A stretch of 64,000 nucleotides of DNA from Candidatus Bathyarchaeota archaeon (lineage in GTDB: Archaea; Thermoproteota; Bathyarchaeia; Bathyarchaeales; Bathycorpusculaceae), in assembly GCA_963770935.1 (NCBI GenBank), contig CAVYRJ010000009.1, positions 32,001-96,000 of the forward strand, in the 5' to 3' direction. Made by a program: the position numbers and the translations under genes. Shown in pieces: positions 10,366 to 23,247 of this stretch. The number at the start of each line of letters is the position of its first letter. Positions within the stretch are counted from its first letter, which is position 1. The notes under the pieces are model-generated. The model worked only from the letters and a program-made list of their open reading frames with translations, ran no database searches and was not told where the DNA came from.

Positions 10366-10689
10366 AATATAGAGGAAACTGGAGAATGAGACGAAGGCTA
10401 CTGCAGGATATTAAGTTTCAATATAAGCTCTTTTCTTTATTCTGATTTCGCCTTGATTTCTTTGCTAGCTTTCTTCCAGCCTGCCGAATTTCCAACCCCA
10501 TAGTGATTGATACAAAAGAATAGACATTTTCGGGACCTTTGCCATTTAACACATCAAATCTTAGCTTTAAACCAGAAAGTAATGAGCGTTAAAGCACAAA
10601 TCAAATATTTAGGTGCCAACAAATCTACAATATAGCTCTGCATTAGAGGTAAGCTAAAGAAACGCTTAACTGTTAAAGCTTAGATATTA

Positions 10690-11313
10690 ATGGGTTTAGA
10701 GGAGAAAAAAATGCCATTCAACTTATTCCGCAAAAAGAAACAATCAGAACAAGAAAAACCAACCGTCCCTCCTCAAGAAGAACACAAACAACAAGCACCC
10801 GTTTCAATTCTAAAAGAACCGCAACAGGAACCGGAAGCGCCAGTTCAGGAAACAACGGAAGAACCAGCCGTTGCTACTCAGGAGCAACCACAACAAACCT
10901 CTGCAATCGTCCAAGGACAACTACAAGAAACCTTTTCCCCCACAGTTGAAGAAAAACAAGAATCAATTGTTACACCGCCTGAAGAACAAAAACCCCTAGT
11001 TACAGAACCCCCAAACAAAACCTACCTGAAAGCAATGCCTCTCCGCGAACTATCCGACCTTGAAAACATAAAAAACGAAGTCAAAAATGGAAATATCATA
11101 ATTTTACGGGTAACGCCTCTTGCTGGCAAAAGCATAGAAGATGTTAAAACCGCAGTTAATGACCTCTTTCAGTTCGCAGATTCGATAAGCGGCGACATTG
11201 CGCGCCTAGGCGAAGAACGCGTTGTTTTAACTCCAAAAACAGTAAGGATTTGGAGAGAAAAATCGCCCGCGCCAGTTTCTAGTTCCAGTCAGCCTTTGCC
11301 TACAGCAGCCTAA
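10690..11313 (+). CDS. sepF: Cell division protein SepF with long E/Q/P-rich linker
   Basis: C-terminal GNIIILRV...GDIARLGEERVVLTP SepF core; N-terminal FNLFRKKK. Confidence 0.75.
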   Translation: MGLEEKKMPFNLFRKKKQSEQEKPTVPPQEEHKQQAPVSILKEPQQEPEAPVQETTEEPAVATQEQPQQTSAIVQGQLQETFSPTVEEKQESIVTPPEEQKPLVTEPPNKTYLKAMPLRELSDLENIKNEVKNGNIIILRVTPLAGKSIEDVKTAVNDLFQFADSISGDIARLGEERVVLTPKTVRIWREKSPAPVSSSSQPLPTAA

Positions 11314-11340
11314 TTATCTTTGATTTTGCTGTTCTTTTCA

Positions 11341-13266
11341 TCACAGCAACCTATAGGTTTCCAGTATAGCAGGAACAATTGTATTTATGCCTGCTTTATT
11401 ATCCATGAAGTTAGCAAATGTCATGGTTTTTTGCTTTTCGCCGTGTACAACAAAGATGCGTTCAGGCTTAGGTGTTAGGTGAGTCAAGTAATTAACCAGT
11501 TGGCGCCTGTCAGAGTGACCTGAAAAGCCCTCAATCGATTCTACCTTCATCTTAACTGACAATGCTGCCATCTTGCCCTCGTTGTCCATCATTGTTACTT
11601 CGCCCACGCCTTTTTGAACACGTTTACCCATGGTGCCTTCAATCTGGTAGCTAACGAAGATGATTGTGTTCTTGTCGTCGTTTGCCCAGCTCTTGAAGTA
11701 CTCGATTACTGGTCCACCTTCAAGCATACCGGAAGTTGCTAAAACAATGCATGGCTCGCCTTCAATTATGCTTTGACGTACGCTGGGGTGCTCAACAATT
11801 GTGAAGTAGTCCGATTGGAACGGATTGACTTCTTCGTGGAGGATGTCGTGGCGGACTTCTCTGCCGAGGTATTCTGGGTAAGCGGTGTGGATGGCTGTGG
11901 CTTCACTTATCATTCCTTCGATGAAAACGGGGGCTTCCTTCATTAAACCACGTTTCATGTAGCCGTTAATTATAAGCATGATTTCTTGGGCTCTGCCGAC
12001 TGCGGGGACTGGAATTAGGACTTTGCCCTTGCGTTCCAAGGTTTGATTGATGACTTTTGCCATTGCGTCTTCTGCTTCAACACGGGAAGGCATAAAGTCT
12101 TCTGTGCCACCATATGTGCTTTCAGTAATCACGGTTTCTATACGTGGAAACTCAGTTGCCGCAGCTTCCAAAAGCATTGTTCTAGCGAACTTGTAGTCAC
12201 TGGTGTAAACGATATTGTGTAAGCCTTCGCCTATATGTAGATGAACCATTGCGCCGCCCAAGATGTGGCCTGAATTATGCAGTGTCAAACGGATGTCCGG
12301 GGCAATGTCAGTGACCACACCATACCGCAAAGGAATCGTGTGCAAGACGCATTCGCGCACATCCTTCTGGTCATAAAACGGAGTGACACCTTGCTTGCTG
12401 GCAACATCCAAATAATCGAGCTGAAGCATAGTCATCAAGTTTGATGTGGGCGCAGTACAGTAAACTGGACCATCATAACCATACTTGAAGAGGAACGGCG
12501 TTAAACCGCAGTGGTCAAGGTGAGCATGGCTGATGACTACTGCATCAAGGGAATCAATCTGGAACTCCGGTGAGTCAAAGCGTGGAAACGACTCAAACGG
12601 GCGGTTTGACCCCGGATTAATGCCGCAATCTAACAAAACGCTGCTTTCACGGGTTTTTATCAGGAATGCGCTGCGACCGACTTCTTGAGCGCCGCCTAAA
12701 ACTGTCATGCGTATGTCGCCAACATCGTAGGTTTTAGGTCTAAAGATGCGTTCACCAACAGTGCGCAAAATACGTTCGCGCTCTTTGCTCTCCGAGTGTA
12801 AGTAATGGCGCATGTGGGTAACAATCTTGGATTTAATCGGCGGACTACGAAGCACGTGAGGGCGCCACTTTGTTTTCTTTATAATTTCCTGCAAAACCGC
12901 GCCGTTTCTGCCGATAACTAAGCCCGGCTTTTTGGTTTCGATGATGATTTCGCCAAGGCTTGGGTCAAAATTAATGTCCGTTACTTCTGCTTCCGCAGGA
13001 ATAAGTTCACGAGCGATTTTTTCTGCTTCCACCTCGGGAATACGCACGGATGGGTCAGGTCGGATAACTATTCTTTTCCGGATAACACCAACGATTTCCG
13101 CTACAATGCTGCTTTGGTCAACTAAGATTTCCGGTTTTTTGGTATAAACCGCAAGCATGGGACCTTCGTATTCAATCCTAGTAACCTCTGCTTCTCGCGG
13201 AACTTTTTGAAGAATATATTGGCTAATTTCTATTTTGTCTTTGTCTTTATCTTGGGTTCGAGCCAA
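11341..13266 (-). CDS. fttA: Beta-CASP ribonuclease aCPSF1 / termination factor FttA
   Basis: Two KH domains, HAHLDH, GHILG, FSGHSD, VHGE; adjacent to psmB. Confidence 0.95.
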   Translation of the reverse strand: MARTQDKDKDKIEISQYILQKVPREAEVTRIEYEGPMLAVYTKKPEILVDQSSIVAEIVGVIRKRIVIRPDPSVRIPEVEAEKIARELIPAEAEVTDINFDPSLGEIIIETKKPGLVIGRNGAVLQEIIKKTKWRPHVLRSPPIKSKIVTHMRHYLHSESKERERILRTVGERIFRPKTYDVGDIRMTVLGGAQEVGRSAFLIKTRESSVLLDCGINPGSNRPFESFPRFDSPEFQIDSLDAVVISHAHLDHCGLTPFLFKYGYDGPVYCTAPTSNLMTMLQLDYLDVASKQGVTPFYDQKDVRECVLHTIPLRYGVVTDIAPDIRLTLHNSGHILGGAMVHLHIGEGLHNIVYTSDYKFARTMLLEAAATEFPRIETVITESTYGGTEDFMPSRVEAEDAMAKVINQTLERKGKVLIPVPAVGRAQEIMLIINGYMKRGLMKEAPVFIEGMISEATAIHTAYPEYLGREVRHDILHEEVNPFQSDYFTIVEHPSVRQSIIEGEPCIVLATSGMLEGGPVIEYFKSWANDDKNTIIFVSYQIEGTMGKRVQKGVGEVTMMDNEGKMAALSVKMKVESIEGFSGHSDRRQLVNYLTHLTPKPERIFVVHGEKQKTMTFANFMDNKAGINTIVPAILETYRLL

Positions 13267-13272
13267 TGTAAT

Positions 13273-13917
13273 TTAACTTCCTACTTTGAGAAGTTTGTTT
13301 TTCTCCTCATCGGATAATTCTTTGTAACCATACTGATCGATTACGATGATGTTGTAGTTGTTGCCGCTTGCCACGTCACGCTTCATGGCCGCGTTAACGG
13401 CTTTTGCGATAGTAGGTAAAACCTCATCAATGGTCAAGCCTTCACGGTACTTGTCCTCTAATATACCGTAAGCGACTGGCGAACCGGAGCCTGTGGCAAC
13501 AGATTTTTCCTCAGTTAAGCTCCCATAGGGATCCAAATTGAAAACGTGGGGGCCAGTATCATCTATGCCGCCAACCAATACCTGAGTTGAGAGGGGCACA
13601 TACCTTGCTGAAAACAGCAGGTTTGCGACTAGTCTTGCCGCTGAGCTTATAGGCATTGGACGGTTCATGTTAATCTTGTAGAGGTGCGCGTTTGCCGTCA
13701 GGATATCGACAACTTTCTGCGCGTCGGCGACTGTTCCAGCGATGGTCATACCCATGTGGTCGTCGATTTTATAGACTTTTTTGCCGAATTTATGCGCAAC
13801 GTAGTAGCCCATAGTTACTCGAGTGTCTGAAGCTAAGATTACGCCATCTTTGCAGACGACGCCAATCGTGGTTGTACCTTTTAGTACTAACTGGCTAGTT
13901 GTATTGTTTTGTGACAT
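13273..13917 (-). CDS. psmB: Proteasome beta subunit
   Basis: Propeptide LKG|TTTIG, ATGSGS, RDVASG. Confidence 0.95.
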   Translation of the reverse strand: MSQNNTTSQLVLKGTTTIGVVCKDGVILASDTRVTMGYYVAHKFGKKVYKIDDHMGMTIAGTVADAQKVVDILTANAHLYKINMNRPMPISSAARLVANLLFSARYVPLSTQVLVGGIDDTGPHVFNLDPYGSLTEEKSVATGSGSPVAYGILEDKYREGLTIDEVLPTIAKAVNAAMKRDVASGNNYNIIVIDQYGYKELSDEEKNKLLKVGS

Positions 13918-14087
13918 AGTTTGGTGCTCCCTAAAACTCTGTTTATCGGAATGCCATCCAATAGGAAGTAGCATCATGTAATCGTTCCGTGGGATTTATT
14001 AATATTTCGCCCAACCTCCCGAATCCAACGTGTTAGTTTGGAAGGGCGTTTCCTAAACATTTTTATGTTCGCTTGAAGGTTTCAATG

Positions 14088-14160
14088 CAATTGGCGGGTG
14101 AGTGGATTCTCCTACCCGTTCCGCCAAGAGAAAAATAAAACCCGGGAGTAGGGAGAAAAA
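14088..14160 (+). promoter_or_regulatory. Structured 5' leader of queT-queC; candidate preQ0/preQ1-type riboswitch
   Basis: Stem TTGGCGG/CCGCCAA, A-rich linker AAAAATAAAAC, loop TTCTCCTAC complementary to the RBS region GTAGGGAGAA; TATA-like TTTTAT at ~14061. Confidence 0.5.
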
Positions 14161-14164
14161 TCGC

Positions 14165-14692
14165 TTGAAAATACGTACAAAAGATTTAGCTTTAATCTCG
14201 ATCTATGCTGCACTCTATGCAGCACTTGTAGTTGTTCTTGGAGGATTCTCTTATGGACCCGTTCAGGTCCGCATCGCAGATTCGATGCTTGCGGCGGTCC
14301 CCCTGCTTGGTATAGCAGGAGTTTTGGGGCATACGCTTGGAGTATTCGTTGCTAACATATTCTCGCCACTTGGTCCAATTGACCTACTTAACACTGTACC
14401 TTCATTTGCCATGTCTTTTGTTGTGTACTATGTTTACAAATGGACAAGAAATGACTATACCGTTATCGGAACATGCCTAGCTTACTCTGCTGTCTTAGGA
14501 GTAACCGTTGGATCGATGTTATCTTATGTTTTATCACTGCCACTGCTTCCCACCATAGCGTATGTAGCCATTGGAAATGTTATTGCTAGTGTGCTAATCG
14601 GATGGACGCTGTTTAAGGTATTAAAGAAAATCGGGTTGTTCCGAAGGTGGTTTCCAGAAAGAGATAACAGAACCTATGAAGCACAAAATTAG
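14165..14692 (+). CDS. queT: QueT-family queuosine-precursor transporter
   Basis: AALYAAL, FSYGPVQVRIAD, ANIFSPLGPID; TTG start after GGGAG; upstream of queC. Confidence 0.85.
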   Translation: MKIRTKDLALISIYAALYAALVVVLGGFSYGPVQVRIADSMLAAVPLLGIAGVLGHTLGVFVANIFSPLGPIDLLNTVPSFAMSFVVYYVYKWTRNDYTVIGTCLAYSAVLGVTVGSMLSYVLSLPLLPTIAYVAIGNVIASVLIGWTLFKVLKKIGLFRRWFPERDNRTYEAQN

Positions 14693-14715
14693 AGATTTGA
14701 AGGAGAAGTGCATAG

Positions 14716-15372
14716 ATGAAACAGAACAAAAAATGCGTCATCGTTCTTAGTGGTGGACCAGACTCCGCCACGGTTGCCTACTGGGCAAAGGCGCAGGGTT
14801 ACCAAATCTACCCCATAACGTTCAACTATGGACAAATCGCCCTCAAAGAAACAGAATCCGCAAGAAAAATCTCTGAAAAACTCGGCACAACCACCAAAAT
14901 CATTGACCTCTCAGCACTTAAAGAAATCTTTATCAGTGTAACTTCGCTCTGTAACATCGACATTCCGTTAACCACTGAGTTTAGTGCCCCAATCATTGTG
15001 CCGTTTCGCAACGCCATATTCCTTTCAGCAGCAGTTGCTTACGCCGTCGCAGTTGGTGCTAACATGATCTTTTATGGTGCCCAAGGCTCAGATGAACCTT
15101 TTTACCCTGATTGCCGACGAGAATTTTATGAAGCGTTCGAGAAAGCTGCAAAACTGGGCACATGCCAAGAAATTACCATCCAAGCACCCTTCAGCGGCAA
15201 ACGCAAATCAGACCTGTTCAAAGCAGGCGCAGAGTTAAGGGTGCCTTTCGAACTCACATGGTCCTGTTACTTAGATAGAGCAAAACACTGCGGTAAATGC
15301 GAATCCTGTAATAACCGAAAAAAAGCCTTCCAAGAAGCAGGAGTAGCAGACCCAACGAAATATGAAAACTAA
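14716..15372 (+). CDS. queC: 7-cyano-7-deazaguanine (preQ0) synthase
   Basis: LSGGPDS, VPFRN, YPDCR, TWSCY..HCGKCESC. Confidence 0.95.
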   Translation: MKQNKKCVIVLSGGPDSATVAYWAKAQGYQIYPITFNYGQIALKETESARKISEKLGTTTKIIDLSALKEIFISVTSLCNIDIPLTTEFSAPIIVPFRNAIFLSAAVAYAVAVGANMIFYGAQGSDEPFYPDCRREFYEAFEKAAKLGTCQEITIQAPFSGKRKSDLFKAGAELRVPFELTWSCYLDRAKHCGKCESCNNRKKAFQEAGVADPTKYEN

Positions 15373-15647
15373 TCAGTCAACAACGCCAGAGAAGATGCTG
15401 ATGATGCTGCAACAGCATTTTGCACAACTGTTGCATCTTTCAGATCAACTACGTTTTACCATGCATTAAATCTTCAACTTCCATGGCTGCCCAAAACTAA
15501 CCAAGGACCAAAATTTTTCAACAATGTTGCCTTAGGCATATTTGTATCCGAGAGGTGTGCATAATTTTGTATCATCTATTTTTCTTCTGTAACTTTGCCT
15601 GAAAACCTTGTTCAATTAGTGGCCACTAGAACAAACCGCCTTTTCCT

Positions 15648-15691
15648 GACTTTCTGTGACTATTACAGACTACTGTAGACTATTACAGACT
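15648..15691 (+). repeat. 10-bp-phased GACT array
   Basis: GACT at 15648, 15658, 15668, 15678 and 15688; TATTACAGAC occurs twice. Confidence 0.7.
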
Positions 15692-15907
15692 CAACCTGCA
15701 GACGCCACAAACCCCAAATCAAAAAAACAACCCGAAAAAAGCTCTGCCAAATCGCAAATTCAACTGTTTTTCTTCTACAATTGAGCAAAAATCTGCATTG
15801 GCAGAAAATACCGCTAAAAACATGCTGGAAACTGGTAACTAAAAGCTAAGCGGCAAAAACCATTATTAGTCAACAAGGTTATTTCCTAGTTTAGGAAGCG
15901 ACGAAAA

Positions 15908-16459
15908 ATGGATGTTTTTGAAGCCATACAAGAGCGCCGTTCTATCCGCAGCTACCAAGACACATCTGTTCCTAGAGAACTGATGGAGAAGATTCTAGAG
16001 GCTGGGCGGTTAGCGCCTTCAGCTAAAAACTGTGAGCCGTGGCACTTCATAGCCGTCACGGAGACGGCGAAGAGAAAAGCGTTGTCCGGGGGCACATGGG
16101 CAAAATTCCTAATTCAATCCCCACTTGTGATTGTTGCATGTGGGGACAAGAAAGCTTCTCCTGAATGGTACGCCATCGACGTCGCATTGGCTGTAGAGAA
16201 CATGATTTTAACCGCAGTAAGCTTGGGCTTAGGAACCTGCTGCGTAGGAAGCTTTAACGAAAAAAATATCAAAGCAACCCTGAAAATCCCCGAAAAATTC
16301 GAAGTCCTGGTCATGATAGCCGTCGGCTACCCAGGCAACCACATAGATTTATCAAACAAACTCTTAAACATCGTGCGGACTAGAAAATCTCTCAGTGAAG
16401 TCGCCAGTGAAGAAGAGTTCGGGAAACATTTAATCCCTAAGAAAATCGAAGAGCTCTAA
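15908..16459 (+). CDS. Nitroreductase family protein
   Basis: RRSIRSY, APSAKNCEPWHF, GLGTCCVG, AVGYP. Confidence 0.92.
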   Translation: MDVFEAIQERRSIRSYQDTSVPRELMEKILEAGRLAPSAKNCEPWHFIAVTETAKRKALSGGTWAKFLIQSPLVIVACGDKKASPEWYAIDVALAVENMILTAVSLGLGTCCVGSFNEKNIKATLKIPEKFEVLVMIAVGYPGNHIDLSNKLLNIVRTRKSLSEVASEEEFGKHLIPKKIEEL

Positions 16460-17526
16460 ACTAAAGTTCTCTGCTTCTCCCCAGAGACCAAACTAGAAAC
16501 CCTCACGCCAATAAGCCTGACTTTTCTGTCTTTGCGCAGATTAATAAACAATAACTCGTTTGCGGTTTTTTGCAAGTCGCGGAGTCGGTTCGTTAAGAAG
16601 GGAAGGGTTTTGCTTCTTGTATGAGTTTCAAAGCCTTGGTATCGAATCTTAACGGTTACAGTTTTAAAAAGTAAGTGCTGTTTGACGGTTTCCTTCAATA
16701 CGTCCTCACAGAGGGTCTCCAATGCTTGAAAAATTATTGTGGAATCTAAAATATCCTCTTCGAATGTGGTTTCGTGACTTATGCTTTTAACACCTTCACG
16801 TTCCTCTACTTCGCTGCGGTCAATGCCCTTGGCCATAAGGTGCATCTGCAAACCCACAACCCCAAACATAGAACTTAAAACTGACGGGTCGTAGCGCGCA
16901 AGGTCACCGATGGTGTTTACCCCTAATTCCTTGAGTTTGGCTTCGGTTTTGCGCCCAACCCAAAGAAGCTTGCGTACCGGCAGGGGATCAAGGAATTTTT
17001 CGACTTCTTCTTTGACGATGGTTAAACCGTCGGGTTTCTGGATGTCGCTAGCAACTTTGGCAACGAGCTTGTTGGGTCCCACACCGATGGATGCAGTTAA
17101 TCCCTCTTTTTCTTTAATCTCCTTTTTAATCCGACGCGCTAGCTCCTCAGCTTCAGCCCAACTCCCAACCTTGTCTGTGACATCCAAAAAAGCTTCATCA
17201 ATCCCCCATTGCTCAAACTTACCAGCGTACCTACGCGCCACCGCCATAATTTCGCCTGAAACCCGAATATAGAGCGGAAAATTCGGCGCCAAATAAACCG
17301 CCCTTGGACAAAGCCTCCAAGCCATAGAAATCGGCATTCCAGAGCGAACACCTGATTTTCTTGCTTCATAATTACTCGTGCTAACTACACCTCTACCCTT
17401 GCCACCTTTAGGGTCAGCGCCAACAATAACGGGCGCGCCTTTAATTTCAGGGCGTTCCCGCTCCTCAACTGCCGTGTAAAAGTGATCCATATCTAAATGG
17501 AATATTATCCTCTTTTTATCACTCAT
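16456..17526 (-). CDS. dinB: DNA polymerase IV (Y family)
   Basis: HLDMDHFY, SNYEAR, GIDEAFLD, NKLVAK. Confidence 0.95.
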   Translation of the reverse strand: MSDKKRIIFHLDMDHFYTAVEERERPEIKGAPVIVGADPKGGKGRGVVSTSNYEARKSGVRSGMPISMAWRLCPRAVYLAPNFPLYIRVSGEIMAVARRYAGKFEQWGIDEAFLDVTDKVGSWAEAEELARRIKKEIKEKEGLTASIGVGPNKLVAKVASDIQKPDGLTIVKEEVEKFLDPLPVRKLLWVGRKTEAKLKELGVNTIGDLARYDPSVLSSMFGVVGLQMHLMAKGIDRSEVEEREGVKSISHETTFEEDILDSTIIFQALETLCEDVLKETVKQHLLFKTVTVKIRYQGFETHTRSKTLPFLTNRLRDLQKTANELLFINLRKDRKVRLIGVRVSSLVSGEKQRTLV

Positions 17527-17689
17527 GCGCTTCAAGGATGTTTGAGTCGTTTAATAATTTGAATTTATTGACGAAATAGTCGCTCAAACACCTTTATTTG
17601 TGTGTAAAAATCTAATCCGACACATTCAGTGCAGTTATAGCAAACTTTACATTGATGTTTCTTCTTAGTTTTTAGGCAGGTGAATCCAA

Positions 17690-17917
17690 TTGGTTGTCCC
17701 TTTCTACATGCTTATTAGAACCAGGATAGGTGAATCCAAATTTGTTGTTCATGAGACACTTAAAATAGAAGGCGTAAAAGTGTCCCATTCTGTCATGGGC
17801 AACTATGACGTTATACTGTACGCAGAAGGAAAAGACCTTGACGATGTAAGACGCATCCGAGATACTGTGTTTAACATCAGTGGCATAACAATAACTGAAA
17901 CAGTAGTTCACGCATGA
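17690..17917 (+). CDS. Stand-alone Lrp/AsnC ligand-binding (RAM) domain protein
   Basis: VMGNYDVI...I.GITITET pattern; AGGTGA RBS before TTG. Confidence 0.8.
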   Translation: MVVPFYMLIRTRIGESKFVVHETLKIEGVKVSHSVMGNYDVILYAEGKDLDDVRRIRDTVFNISGITITETVVHA

Positions 17918-18039
17918 TTTTTTTAATTTAACTTTAATCCAGATTTTAGGCCTAATTCAATATTGCAGACTGATGGGTGTTACTCAGTTGTGTGGCGAAA
18001 ATAAAATAATGCTTGAGAGAAAAACGAAAAGTAAGGTTG

Positions 18040-18177
18040 TTAGACTTTTCTTCTTCGTTTCTTTGGTTCTCTAATGAAGGCTTCCTCAACAACTTGCTCA
18101 ACAATATCTAAATCTGAAAAATTAGTAGCAGTCGGGAACTCTAAAGTGCAGCTTTCGAACTTTTGATTACTCTTCAT
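18040..18177 (-). CDS. Small hypothetical protein (45 aa) with basic tail
   Basis: MKSNQKFESCTLEFPTATNFSDLDIVEQVVEEAFIREPKKRRRKV; TTTATA upstream. Confidence 0.55.
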   Translation of the reverse strand: MKSNQKFESCTLEFPTATNFSDLDIVEQVVEEAFIREPKKRRRKV

Positions 18178-18245
18178 ATTTAATTCAGAAACACGTTCAC
18201 CGATGTTATAAATAGATTTTATGAATACAGAATTCAGGTTAAAAC

Positions 18246-18612
18246 TTATTTGGAGCCAGAATCGTTTTCATCCATGGCTTCGCGAATTATCTCGACTTCC
18301 CGAACACTATAGCCGTTTGTTGGTGGCTTTTAGGACTATGCGTTCTTGCCAGCCGCAGTCGGGGCATTCGTAGCTTGGCGGTAGTATTCCTATGTGTGCC
18401 CACATGTCTCCTCCTGTGCTTTTTGCACGTTCAACTTTGGGGCTTTTGCATCTGGGGCAAACCTGAATATCAACTTGGTATCCCTGCTTCTCAAGCTCTT
18501 CAAGGGCTTCTGTAACTTCCTTGGCGTTTTGGATTGCTGTTTCTTCCTGCACCTGCTCTACGATGGTGAGCTGCTTCTTCCGCTTTTTCTTCTGTTCTTG
18601 AGTTTCTCCCAT
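18246..18612 (-). CDS. Zinc-ribbon protein (one apparent +1 indel near 18308)
   Basis: CPRC...CPDC; removing one base extends the frame to SVREVEIIREAMDENDSGSK*. Confidence 0.65.
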
Positions 18613-18761
18613 TTCATTGCCACCCTAATACAACATTTCTATAGGTGTATCTTAAAGAAAGGTTTTCTGGTTGGATTACTATCAGAAAATGGTATGCGCG
18701 CGAGCATATTTCGATTTTAACAGAACTTTATAAGGGAAATTTAAGGGAGAGGTCGAATCTT

Positions 18762-18902
18762 TTAGTGTCCTGAGTGGGTAAATAGAATCAGGGTTTCGCA
18801 TTGTGGGCATTGATGGTAGATTACTTGTTTTTGGCGATTGCATTTGGGTTTCATTTCTATGAAGCAGGTTGGGCAAAGGGGCGCTTTAGTTTTTGCTGGC
18901 AT
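18762..18902 (-). CDS. Small CPxC zinc-finger protein (46 aa; not in ORF track)
   Basis: MPAKTKAPLCPTCFIEMKPKCNRQKQVIYHQCPQCETLILFTHSGH. Confidence 0.6.
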   Translation of the reverse strand: MPAKTKAPLCPTCFIEMKPKCNRQKQVIYHQCPQCETLILFTHSGH

Positions 18903-19175
18903 TAATCCTAAGCTATCTTTTTAGCGATATAACCTTTGTCCGAAAAATCCCTGATTGAATCTAAGAGTACCAGTCAATTAAGGCTGGCGTTAACAGTGCT
19001 GTTAAGTCCTGAGTTAAGGTGTTTATTTGGTCGCAGCTGAGTTGACTGTAGGAGCAAACCTTCTTGTTCACACTTATCACAAAAGACTATGGCTAAGTTA
19101 ACTCATAAATTTTTGTATAAAAACAACGAAAAAAAACCAATCAAAACAAAATAAAAACCTCTTCAGCAATATGAC

Positions 19176-22395
<3,220 letters not shown>

Positions 22396-22929
22396 AGTGA
22401 CTTAAGTCGCTCATTCACCCTTCACTCCACACTAGTTAGGTGGGGAGTTGCATCTCAGTTTTTATGGTATAACCCATATTGCTGAATTGCATTAGAAGCG
22501 GAATTCGTTAATATAAGTGTATCGTTGGACAGCTGCATGGTTTGTTGGCGTTGTTTTTGTGCGTGGGTCTGCTTCTTTTGCTCTTCACTCGAGCAAATGT
22601 TTTGTTGCCGAGTTGCATTTGTGGGGAACCTTACTAGCAGCTTTCCGCCATATAAGATTGTCGTACCATATAGAACAACATTGATACTTTTTGTTCTGTT
22701 CAAACCCAATTGGAAATGGAATTTAGGTTTTTTTATGTCTAGACTTTCTTTTTAGGGCATCATTGCACCCTGCGGGCAAATTCGCAGAAAAATTATAGAC
22801 CTACGTATAAAGGTCAGTATTCTAAGCAAAAAAAGCTACTATTGACTAGCTTACTTTTTAATATTTAGCAGTAACTTTTATTTGGGTTGTGTTTTATGTG
22901 TTGGTGTAATCTGGGGAAGTTTGTCGGGT

Positions 22930-23006
22930 GCCTCGATAGCTCAGCCCAGTAGAGCGGCTGCCTTGTAAGCAGCAGGCCGCGGGAGCAAGGCCCGCTCGAG
23001 GCTCCA
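22930..23006 (+). tRNA. tRNA-Thr(UGU) with non-canonical D and T loops and encoded CCA
   Basis: Acceptor GCCTCGA/TCGAGGC, D stem GCTC/GAGC, anticodon arm GCTGC-CTTGTAA-GCAGC, T stem GCGGG/CCCGC. Confidence 0.9.
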
Positions 23007-23016
23007 TAAAAAAATT

Positions 23017-23247
23017 TTAGACTTTAGTTTCGGGGTCTTCTTCTTTGGCTGCCTTGGGATCTTTTCCCGTCAACGAATACTTTCGGGCTTTCGTCTCGAT
23101 GATTTCTTGTTCAAAGAATTTCTTGAGTGATTTGAACACTTTTTTGCAGGGTTCCCCAGTTTTGTCGGTTAGTTCCTGAAGAGTTAACTCTTTACCTTCT
23201 GTTTTGAGTGTTTGGTAGACTTTTTCGTCGACTTTATTTAGTTTCAT
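23017..23247 (-). CDS. Small winged-helix protein
   Basis: KVYQTLK...LTLQELTDKTG....VFKSLKKF....IE pattern. Confidence 0.6.
   Translation of the reverse strand: MKLNKVDEKVYQTLKTEGKELTLQELTDKTGEPCKKVFKSLKKFFEQEIIETKARKYSLTGKDPKAAKEEDPETKV

Noticed and set aside
14102-14164. N-terminal extension of queT from GTG at 14102
   Set aside because: Non-QueT-like sequence overlapping the structured leader; TTG at 14165 has the RBS
17679-17740. Direct repeat AGGTGAATCCAA occurring twice
   Set aside because: One copy is the RBS and the other is coding sequence; only two copies, likely chance
22460-22770. Vestigial 16S processing stem upstream of the 23S gene
   Set aside because: Only short local hairpins found; no continuous long stem or BHB could be drawn
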